This document shows positions 46,012-52,819 of a DNA stretch of 52,819 bases, piece by piece (positions within the stretch are counted from its first letter, which is position 1; each line of letters begins with the position of its first letter). Origin of the DNA: a virus. Its lineage: Duplodnaviria; Caudoviricetes. Position numbers and translations under genes: made by a program. Below the pieces are notes generated by a model. That model was not told the DNA's origin, did no database searches, and saw only the letters and a list, made by a program, of their open reading frames with translations. The stretch is taken from IMG/VR virus record IMGVR_UViG_3300024520_000098, positions 1 to 52,819 of that record; one strand, written 5' to 3'.

Positions 46012-46029
46012 TTGGCTGTGGTTAATGAG

Positions 46030-46614
46030 TTAGTCGAGCCTTACAGGCATGACAATCATGGAAGCGCTCTTGAACAACTCGTCATCACCGTCAAAGCTAA
46101 AGACTGCCGGGGCTAGCGCATCGTTGTGCTGCAATGTAATCGGCGTAGTCTTTCCTCGACCGGACAACTTGAGCGCCTTGAGTATCTTGTTCAGCGAGTC
46201 TAGGTACTTCGCACTGAACCCGATGTAGGAAGACGGCTTCTCAAAACCCTGCGGAAAGACTTGCCTAACATCTGGGAAGTCGTAGCCAGAATCGGAGCGC
46301 ACAAGCTCGGCGTGCCCCTTACTGTCAACGAACTCCTTTACCGATGCCCCCGCCAGCAACATGTGGCACTCGCCTTCAGTGTTGTGGATGGGGCCTGTCT
46401 CAATGCACAGCAGCACATGGCCGTTGGTTGAGATAAGGAAGGTTGCGTCCTCGTGCATCTCAATAAACACAGAGTCGAGCATGGGCCTGTCCTTGCCTCC
46501 CATGCACTCGTTCAATGCTTTGAACATGGGCACATTCTCAGGGCCAAAGGATGGGACGGTCGTCTCTTCCCTTGGCGGCAGGGATGCTCCCCGGTATCGA
46601 ATCGCAGTAGTCAT
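46030..46614 (-). CDS. DNA polymerase III beta-clamp-like protein (partial length)
   Basis: RPMLDSVFIE, ISTNGHVL, FPDVRQVFP, IGFSAKYL, IVMPVRL match beta-clamp motifs. Confidence 0.8.
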   Translation of the reverse strand: MTTAIRYRGASLPPREETTVPSFGPENVPMFKALNECMGGKDRPMLDSVFIEMHEDATFLISTNGHVLLCIETGPIHNTEGECHMLLAGASVKEFVDSKGHAELVRSDSGYDFPDVRQVFPQGFEKPSSYIGFSAKYLDSLNKILKALKLSGRGKTTPITLQHNDALAPAVFSFDGDDELFKSASMIVMPVRLD

Positions 46615-46694
46615 GGGTGTGTACTCCTCATGCCGGGTACGAGGCCCCCGGCTGGCGCTGTTGGTTTCAGTTGGTTGGGAAGGCTCAGGGGTAG

Positions 46695-47015
46695 CTACGC
46701 ACCCCCCTTCTTGCTCGCAGCACGTTCAGCAACCGCATTCTTGGTGCTCTTCTTTGAGCTACGCCGCTTGGTTGCAGGCGCTGCCTTGACCTGGGGCGCA
46801 TCGCTTGCCATCCGCTCAAGTGCAGCGAGGATGTCTCGCAGTTGAGCCTTGGTGAATGCCTTGACGGGGCGACTCTTGTCGCCTGTGGTCATCACTCGCA
46901 CCTTGGGCTCAAACGCCCTCCCATCCTCGTTCGTGTAGAAACTCTCGACCACACGAAGGTCGCCGCTTGTAGATTTCTCTTCGCCTAGCTCAGTCATAGT
47001 TCCGGTAAAAGCCAT
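46695..47015 (-). CDS. Basic protein with histone-like tail (paralog of 52034..52546)
   Basis: AAGGAG RBS; KST.G...R..T.G.K.R..K.F...Q; K/A-rich tail. Confidence 0.7.
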   Translation of the reverse strand: MAFTGTMTELGEEKSTSGDLRVVESFYTNEDGRAFEPKVRVMTTGDKSRPVKAFTKAQLRDILAALERMASDAPQVKAAPATKRRSSKKSTKNAVAERAASKKGGA

Positions 47016-47069
47016 ATCGCTTGTCTCCTTGCCCCTTGTGTTGTGAAGCCAGGGAAGTCGGGGCAACCT

Positions 47070-47140
47070 CGCTGACTTAATCAATCTAAATGGTTATCGT
47101 TTCGATGTCAACAACTATTTTTCCAACTACGAAGTAGTTG
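47070..47140 (-). promoter_or_regulatory. Early promoter (TTGACA-17-TAGATT) with upstream palindrome CAACTAC-GAA-GTAGTTG
   Basis: -35 at 47106-47111, -10 at 47083-47088. Confidence 0.88.
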
Positions 47141-47151
47141 TTTCGCGTGTC

Positions 47152-47685
47152 CTATATGCATCGCAACACAGCCACGCCGCCCTCCTTCAGGCTCACGCTG
47201 GTGTAGTTGTCTATGAACAGGTCGCGAGCCAGTCGCTCCCAGTCGATGTAGATTCCGAGAAATCCGTCGGTGTCCTCGCCCATGCTGACGACAAACTCAA
47301 AGGCGAAGTCTTCCTCGCTCTCATAGGTGCCCACATAGGCGTCTTCGATGTACTCGTTTACCTGCTCAAGGCTTGCGTCCCCGCCGTGGTAGTCGAGTGC
47401 ATGCTCCAGCACTCCGTATGCATGGTGGTTGGAGTTGCAGACCTCATCGACCAGAAGCCCTAAGCGCAAAGCCACAGACGGGCTGCACTCATCCCTGATT
47501 GGCAGGCCCTCGTGGTCCATGACCCAAAGCTCTTCAGCGTCCTCTACTGGCGAGCTACCAAGGACTCGCTTGAGTCCCTTATTGAACTCATCCTCATCGT
47601 CACAATCAAGCCACTCGCCATGCAGTATTCCTGAGTTGTATGCGGCTAGGCATCCGACCCATGCTCTCGGTTCTATTGCGCTCAT
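47152..47685 (-). CDS. ardA: Antirestriction protein ArdA (type I RM inhibitor, DNA mimic)
   Basis: WVGCLAAYNSGILHGEW, AEELWVMDHEG, YVGTYESEEDFA, YIDWERLARDL; very acidic. Confidence 0.92.
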   Translation of the reverse strand: MSAIEPRAWVGCLAAYNSGILHGEWLDCDDEDEFNKGLKRVLGSSPVEDAEELWVMDHEGLPIRDECSPSVALRLGLLVDEVCNSNHHAYGVLEHALDYHGGDASLEQVNEYIEDAYVGTYESEEDFAFEFVVSMGEDTDGFLGIYIDWERLARDLFIDNYTSVSLKEGGVAVLRCI

Positions 47686-47720
47686 ACCTTCTCCTTCTTG
47701 CTTTGCAGCGACATCATTGC

Positions 47721-47790
47721 CGCTGACTTAATCAATATATCGAAGTGATTAAACTCTGTCAACAACTATTTTTCAATTACGAAGTAATTG
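47721..47790 (-). promoter_or_regulatory. Early promoter (TTGACA-17-TATATT) with upstream palindrome CAATTAC-GAA-GTAATTG
   Basis: -35 at 47757-47762, -10 at 47734-47739. Confidence 0.88.
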
Positions 47791-47826
47791 GTCCCACGTA
47801 CTGCTGTTCGCGGCCCATGCCCGCTC

Positions 47827-48258
47827 CTAAATCCAGTCCGACGAATGGTCTTCGTCGTCTATGTGTTCCTCGATTAGCTTTGCAATTTTCTTGTGCGAGT
47901 TTGTGTCCCTTGTCCATTCGCACACATCGCCTAAGTCGGTGCGCTTCATGCCAGCCCACTCACACACATGCTCTGGAAATCTTGCGAAGGTTTCATGGGG
48001 TTCCCAATAGACCTCGCCGGTATCCCAATCCATGTGCTTAATGCTTGAGCGAAACCCCCAGCGATGCCACGGTCTGTCAATCCATGCTGCGTCTATGTCG
48101 TCGCCAAGCGTTATGTAGACCTCAAGCAACACACCAAGGGCGCTTCGTGCGTCTGAGGCTGTGCGGCACCTGGGTATCACCCCCTTGCGTGAGTTAGTCC
48201 TCGTGTACGAACCACTGAGCAGTTGCGTAGTCCAAGCCGCTTTGACTATGGACCTCAT
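47827..48258 (-). CDS. Hypothetical protein
   Basis: ATGA overlap; W-rich. Confidence 0.65.
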   Translation of the reverse strand: MRSIVKAAWTTQLLSGSYTRTNSRKGVIPRCRTASDARSALGVLLEVYITLGDDIDAAWIDRPWHRWGFRSSIKHMDWDTGEVYWEPHETFARFPEHVCEWAGMKRTDLGDVCEWTRDTNSHKKIAKLIEEHIDDEDHSSDWI

Positions 48259-48479
48259 GCCCGCTCCGCTCTCATGGTTTCTTCGTACTCGTTTTTATCC
48301 AGGGACTCCGAGCCCGCTGAGCAGTGGCAGTAGGGCTCAAAGCCATCGCGGGTTAGTCGCTCGCCTGTGTTCAGGCAAGTCGTACACTCGATTTCATAGG
48401 TGTGGTTCCATCCCTTGAGTTCGTCAATCATGCGGGCTAGCAACTTAACCTGATTGATTAGTGCCTTTTCCTTGCTCAT
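48255..48479 (-). CDS. Small Cys-rich protein
   Basis: CTTCLNTG...CHC; RBS. Confidence 0.7.
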   Translation of the reverse strand: MSKEKALINQVKLLARMIDELKGWNHTYEIECTTCLNTGERLTRDGFEPYCHCSAGSESLDKNEYEETMRAERA

Positions 48480-48991
48480 GCTTCCTCCTCTGCATCCATC
48501 AGTGCTCTGTGCTCCTCAAGTGCATCCACAAAGTTATCTCTTGCTTGCTCTAGTGCTGACCATCCGTTGCCAGCAACTACCTCTTCTTCGTACTCCCAAT
48601 CGCTACCGTCCCATGCGATTCCAGTCACGATTACCTTGCTTATCCTTTCCCACGGCTTGAGTTCCTCTGCCGCAAGTCGGTCCTCGTTTGAGGCAGAGTG
48701 GAACCTCCTGCCGTCACGCATCACAAGGAGCAAGCCATCGTCGCTGTACCTTTCAGTAGCCCTAAGGCAGGACCGAATGGGCGCTATGCCAGCCCAATCA
48801 CAGAAGGAGTAAATGCTGTCATGTGCTGGCTCTAGGTCATGCTTCTCATAACAATCAGAGTCACCAACAGAGCCACACTTCGGGCACTCAGGGCAGTCGC
48901 AGTTATCTACGTGGTTAAGGCATACGTCGCAGCCTTCTTCATGCTGGGCGCAGTGTCTATCCCATGCTTCGCTTGGACATTCGATGCTCAT
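48476..48991 (-). CDS. Protein with Cys-rich N-terminus
   Basis: CDVC...CDCPECPKCG..GD..CY; RBS. Confidence 0.7.
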   Translation of the reverse strand: MSIECPSEAWDRHCAQHEEGCDVCLNHVDNCDCPECPKCGSVGDSDCYEKHDLEPAHDSIYSFCDWAGIAPIRSCLRATERYSDDGLLLVMRDGRRFHSASNEDRLAAEELKPWERISKVIVTGIAWDGSDWEYEEEVVAGNGWSALEQARDNFVDALEEHRALMDAEEEA

Positions 48992-49239
48992 GCTCCCCTC
49001 CATTCCCTTGCTGCCTCGACTAGCGGGCAGTCTGGCTCGCCACTCGTACACTGCGCGCCCTGGTCGAGGATGAGTCCCTCGGTGTCATAAGCCCACGCAA
49101 TCGCGCCAGCCTCCGTTGTGATGCTTCCCTTTTCGAGTAGCTCGATGATGTCTTTGTCATCCCAGCACTCGTCTATGTATGTGCATGACCCACGTCCCAC
49201 ACGCTTATCGTTCCTAATTGCTTCGATTAACTTGCTCAT
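48988..49239 (-). CDS. Hypothetical protein
   Basis: ATGA overlaps, RBS. Confidence 0.7.
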   Translation of the reverse strand: MSKLIEAIRNDKRVGRGSCTYIDECWDDKDIIELLEKGSITTEAGAIAWAYDTEGLILDQGAQCTSGEPDCPLVEAAREWRGA

Positions 49240-49397
49240 ACCTCTTGCTCCCTTGCGGTTAGTGCGACGAGTGCCACAAGGCACACGCCGCTTGCGTTGA
49301 ATAGAAATAACCATCCTCCGTCATGCTCTGCCGATGCGAGTAGTAAGCCTGCACACACAGCACAGGCTTGGATGAAGTGTTTGACCTTGTGGTTCAT
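49236..49397 (-). CDS. Small two-TM membrane protein
   Basis: GGAGG RBS; hydrophobic. Confidence 0.6.
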   Translation of the reverse strand: MNHKVKHFIQACAVCAGLLLASAEHDGGWLFLFNASGVCLVALVALTAREQEV

Positions 49398-49960
49398 GCC
49401 GCCTCCACTTCCTTGCCTCGCCATACGGGCAGCGGGCTGAAGGCGTCAACGAACTCGCTTGCGTACCTACCAATCTTCACAACCTCGATTCGCTTTGCCT
49501 TCATGCGCTCAAGTGCCTCGACTACAGCGCGAGGCTCGTCTAGCTCGTATTGGTAGCAGTCCCTTGGTCCGTAGTATCTGCCCAGCGACTTCGCTATGTC
49601 GCGAGAGATTCCAACCAGCAACTTGCAAGCCCACTGCATTACGTTGAGTCGCCTGCACCTTTCGATTTGGTGTCGGCAATAGCTCTCGTGCCCGTCGTCG
49701 CTAGTGTAGTGCTGCCAGTGAAGCTGCACCCCCTTGTCGCAGTCAAGCCAGTAGTAGGTGTCATGACCGAGCCTTGCGAGCTTCTCCCACTGGTCAGGCT
49801 CCCCGTAGTGGTTTGGGTCTTTGGTGCAATTGGCTATCTTTCTCACCACGCTTCTTGGGGTGCATGGCGAGAGAGTTATGTATGTGTGTCCGTACCCACC
49901 GTTATCGCAGTCGATTACCTCGATTCGATAGGTGAGGATTTCTTCCTGGGCGTTGCTCAT
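49394..49960 (-). CDS. Hypothetical protein
   Basis: ATGA overlaps. Confidence 0.7.
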   Translation of the reverse strand: MSNAQEEILTYRIEVIDCDNGGYGHTYITLSPCTPRSVVRKIANCTKDPNHYGEPDQWEKLARLGHDTYYWLDCDKGVQLHWQHYTSDDGHESYCRHQIERCRRLNVMQWACKLLVGISRDIAKSLGRYYGPRDCYQYELDEPRAVVEALERMKAKRIEVVKIGRYASEFVDAFSPLPVWRGKEVEAA

Positions 49961-50103
49961 CGGGCTACCTTTCCTTTGTGCTTTGCGTGTCTGTACCCTT
50001 TGCGGCCAGACCCACGCAGCGCTTTGTTTTTGTGCTTACCTGCCCCGCTACGCTGAAACGCAGCGACAGCAGTCCAGTTGCGTACCTTTCGGCGCTTCGT
50101 CAT
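49957..50103 (-). CDS. Basic microprotein, ArfA-like pattern
   Basis: AAGGAG RBS; RN....KHKNK..RGS.RK..R..KHK. Confidence 0.65.
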   Translation of the reverse strand: MTKRRKVRNWTAVAAFQRSGAGKHKNKALRGSGRKGYRHAKHKGKVAR

Positions 50104-50130
50104 GGCAGGACTCCTTTCGGCCAGCGACCA

Positions 50131-50185
50131 TCGCTGACTCAATCAATCTAAATCAATAGGTTCGGTCTGTCAACAATTATTTTTC
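50131..50185 (-). promoter_or_regulatory. Early promoter (AAAAATAATTG-TTGACA-17-TAGATT)
   Basis: -35 at 50168-50173, -10 at 50145-50150. Confidence 0.88.
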
Positions 50186-50474
50186 ATCCTTCCGGGCAAA
50201 GCATCGGGTGAAAAGAATCCTCAGTCGGCAGCCACTCCGCACTACATATGCCGCCGTGCGCCTGCAACTCTGCACGGGTAGCAAGCGTCATGTAGTGCGA
50301 CTCATCGTCGCCAGACTCGCTGACACGAGCGATGAACTGCTCTCGACTCTCGCCTGTACGCTGGCGAAGATGCGACACGCTAGGCATCGACTCAGTTGGG
50401 TGCGCGACTATGGACAAGCCCTCTTCAAGCGCCCATTGAATCGTCTGCGGCATGTAATCGTCTCTCAAAGGCAT
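50184..50474 (-). CDS. Hypothetical protein
   Basis: AAGGGG RBS before ATG 50474. Confidence 0.6.
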   Translation of the reverse strand: MPLRDDYMPQTIQWALEEGLSIVAHPTESMPSVSHLRQRTGESREQFIARVSESGDDESHYMTLATRAELQAHGGICSAEWLPTEDSFHPMLCPEG

Positions 50475-50559
50475 GACTGCCCCCTTTCGTTGTTGGGAAC
50501 CCCCTGCATCGAGCCACCACTCTCGATGCAGGGACGCACAGGGCCTAATCCCACCCTGC

Positions 50560-50805
50560 CTATGCAGACACTTGCACGGGCTCGCTGCCCGCCCAGACAT
50601 GAGCGCTCTCATGCAAGTGCCACTCGCCGCCATGAATTACGAAGGAAAAGACACCGTAGTGCTCGTCTGCGATGTCGAGGGTTTCCCCTTCCGGGTGCAT
50701 GCCCGGTACGGGGAGGAGGAGTTCGATGATGTCGCCTGCGATTTCCGCGATGGCGACGTAGGTGCTGCCTTGGTGCAGCGGGGCGATGGTGAATAGTGGG
50801 GACAT
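50560..50805 (-). CDS. Hypothetical acidic protein
   Basis: AAGGA RBS; first gene after promoter. Confidence 0.7.
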   Translation of the reverse strand: MSPLFTIAPLHQGSTYVAIAEIAGDIIELLLPVPGMHPEGETLDIADEHYGVFSFVIHGGEWHLHESAHVWAGSEPVQVSA

Positions 50806-50842
50806 GGCTGGTTCCTTTCGGGATGCAGCGAGACGGGATGTT

Positions 50843-50897
50843 TCGCTGACTCAATCAATGTAATCCGGTTAACTCTGGCTGTCAACAATTATTTTTC
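50843..50897 (-). promoter_or_regulatory. Early promoter (TTGACA-17-TACATT)
   Basis: -35 at 50880-50885, -10 at 50857-50862. Confidence 0.88.
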
Positions 50898-50978
50898 AAT
50901 GGGCCTTCAGTGTTGCTTTTCTTGCGCAACACGCATGATGGAGCGCACAGGTGTGTGCCTATGCGCTCGACATGCGTG

Positions 50979-51248
50979 CTACGCAGTGATGTGCCCCCAT
51001 CCGCGTGGCGCGCTATCCGCATGCTCTGTGCGCTCAAGCGTGTTCGCGAGTGCTGCAAGGCGCGTCTCCGCTTCCTCCCACGATCCCGCGATGTCAACGA
51101 ACGGGGTTTCGCCGGGTGCCTGATACTCGAACTCGTACATACCGGGTGCGATTTCCCACACGTAGCCCACGAGTATGTCCCCATCGCGCTGTAGCGCTCG
51201 CGTGGGCACACTGTGATGCTCGCTATCGTCTATGAATTGCAATTCCAT
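50979..51248 (-). CDS. Hypothetical acidic protein
   Basis: AAGGAG RBS. Confidence 0.7.
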   Translation of the reverse strand: MELQFIDDSEHHSVPTRALQRDGDILVGYVWEIAPGMYEFEYQAPGETPFVDIAGSWEEAETRLAALANTLERTEHADSAPRGWGHITA

Positions 51249-51327
51249 ATCTCAACTCCTTATATGTGTGCGCTTGTTAGTGGGCGCAGTCGTACGCACG
51301 AGCGAACTCGTGCGCACTCAGCGACCG

Positions 51328-51573
51328 CTACTCAGCGGGCCAAATCTCGTTCGCGAGCCGCTTGCATGCGAGCCCGTCGCGGAGCGAGTGAGTGGTCCAG
51401 TCGTGCTCGCGAGACCCCAGACAGCGCAAGCGCTCCACATGTGCGAGTAGTGCGGGCCAGCCACGACGCTTGCGGGCGACAGGCTCGCCTGCCTTGCCTA
51501 CGCCTCGCACGATGGCGCGCATGCCTCCGTGAGGGCCTGAATATCTGTAGAAAATTGTGGGAACGTTAAACAT
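51328..51573 (-). CDS. Hypothetical basic protein
   Basis: AAGGAG RBS before ATG 51573. Confidence 0.55.
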   Translation of the reverse strand: MFNVPTIFYRYSGPHGGMRAIVRGVGKAGEPVARKRRGWPALLAHVERLRCLGSREHDWTTHSLRDGLACKRLANEIWPAE

Positions 51574-51596
51574 GCTCAACTCCTTGTGTGTGTGTG

Positions 51597-51965
51597 CTAT
51601 GCGCACACGGTTTCGACTGCGGTAGGCCAGTCGGTTGCTTGCTCAAGTGCGACTCTCGCGGCCATGCGCAATTGCTTGACCGAACGTCGCCGGAATCGCT
51701 CAACTCGTGCGACCGCATCCTCGCTATGTGCGATGGCGTATTCGCGCCAGGGCTTGTCGCCGCGCTCGCTATTGCATGCGCTGCATGCGGTCACGAGATT
51801 TCGAGGATGGTTGCCCCCGTCCTTGCTCACGGGGCGCAAGTGGTCGAGTGTCAGGGCTTCGTTGCTCTCGCAGTACACGCAGCGACCGTGGTCGCGCATG
51901 TAAATCGCGAGCCTAAGGTCCTTGCGTATCCAGTTCATCCCTTGCCAATTATCTCGACGGCACAT
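51597..51965 (-). CDS. HNH endonuclease
   Basis: IYMRDHGRCVYC...LTLDHLRP.SK.G.N...NLVTACSACN..RG. Confidence 0.92.
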   Translation of the reverse strand: MCRRDNWQGMNWIRKDLRLAIYMRDHGRCVYCESNEALTLDHLRPVSKDGGNHPRNLVTACSACNSERGDKPWREYAIAHSEDAVARVERFRRRSVKQLRMAARVALEQATDWPTAVETVCA

Positions 51966-52033
51966 AGCTGCTCCTCATGTGTGTGTATGCGAGGGGGCGG
52001 GACGCACACCATGTGCGCCCCGCGTCATATGCG

Positions 52034-52546
52034 CTACTTACGAGCGCGCCATGCGACACCGGCTGCTTTCATCGAGTGACCATCCTTCATGGCGCGACCA
52101 CTAAACGTGCGCCACGAGTCCTTCTTGCGCGGGCTCGGGCAGGCACCCTGCGAGGGTGCGGATTCGGGCATAGGACCCATTGCAGCGTCAAGCGACTCCT
52201 CAGACGCCTTGACTCCGCGACCTTGCGATTTGACGGCTTTCTTGCTCGCACCCTTGCTCGCCTTGCGCTTGCTCGCCTTGCGGGTGGGTGTGGGTGTGGG
52301 TGTGGGTGTAGGCTCGCCTTGCGCAAGTGCAATGGCTTGAGCGAAGGCTTGAGCCTGCTCGCCTGAGAAGGACTTGAGGGCACGAACCTTGCCCCCGACT
52401 GTGTACGCTCGAAGGCGGGCATCCGAGCCTCCGCAAGATGTGCGAGCGACGATGATAGTCGCCTTGCCGAAAGTGGACTTCACGCCCTTGCCAGTGCAGG
52501 TGTGATTGGCGGGAAGGGTGAACTTGTTTACGAGTGAAGTGGTCAT
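52034..52546 (-). CDS. Basic protein with PT linker and KAS(K/R) histone-like tail
   Basis: AGGAG RBS; first gene after the terminal promoter. Confidence 0.75.
   Translation of the reverse strand: MTTSLVNKFTLPANHTCTGKGVKSTFGKATIIVARTSCGGSDARLRAYTVGGKVRALKSFSGEQAQAFAQAIALAQGEPTPTPTPTPTRKASKRKASKGASKKAVKSQGRGVKASEESLDAAMGPMPESAPSQGACPSPRKKDSWRTFSGRAMKDGHSMKAAGVAWRARK
52282..52309 (+). repeat. (GGGTGT)n tandem repeat encoding a PT linker; G-quadruplex-compatible on the + strand
   Basis: GGGTGGGTGTGGGTGTGGGTGTGGGTGT. Confidence 0.8.
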
Positions 52547-52592
52547 AACTTGCTCCTATGCCCCGTGGGGCGTTGTGTGGTGCCAACGTCGT

Positions 52593-52632
52593 GTTGACCC
52601 AATCAATCTACGTTATTTTTCGATTTGGTCAA
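52593..52632 (-). promoter_or_regulatory. Variant early promoter (TTGACC-16-TAGATT, then GATTGGGTCAAC)
   Basis: Same -10/downstream motif as the other five copies. Confidence 0.7.
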
Positions 52633-52819
52633 ATGGGGTACTGCTCTCTACTTTGCAGACCAGTGCAACGATTATTTTTCTCAATTTAATTTTACGATTG
52701 TAGAGCAGTGGCACGTTTGCTCCTTAATAGGGGTCGTTGTGTGCGGTTTTGGGTTGTGTGTGGTGCGTGCGCCGCCCGTGGCACGCTGCGCATGCTGCGT
52801 ATCGCATGTGCTCGCATAG

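Noticed and set aside
43594-52632. Dispersed repeats as a CRISPR array
   Set aside because: Irregular spacing of 0.6-3.5 kb with whole genes between copies; they match promoter consensus.
1-52819. Terminal repeats, integrase/att sites, diversity-generating retroelement
   Set aside because: Ends show no matching sequence; no recombinase, reverse transcriptase or TR/VR pair recognised.

Overview
This is a ~52.8 kb tailed dsDNA phage genome with podovirus-like architecture, probably near-complete. I saw no terminal repeat, integrase, repressor, DNA polymerase or tRNA. The + strand carries a replication initiator with an iteron/origin array, DnaB helicase, a frameshifted RuvC-like resolvase and terminase. 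It then carries scaffold, major capsid, adaptor/nozzle and tail proteins, four cysteine-free ejection-type proteins (one a 3597-aa polyvalent protein with an HExxH peptidase), a LamG protein and lysis genes. The portal and a Zn-ribbon gene are inverted on the - strand. The - strand right arm (37.9-52.6 kb) is an early/anti-defence and recombination region (SSB, Sak4-like ATPase, Cas4-like nuclease, DUF932, beta-clamp-like protein, ArdA, HNH) driven by six related sigma70-type promoters with a conserved 5' hairpin. The most striking unexplained element is a ~560-nt gap (37.3-37.86 kb) with no credible ORF, tiled by about a dozen helices whose G-U pairs favour the + strand. It is a candidate large ornate ncRNA, lying directly downstream of three Lys/Arg-rich microproteins. 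All family calls are by-eye motif recognition, not database searches.
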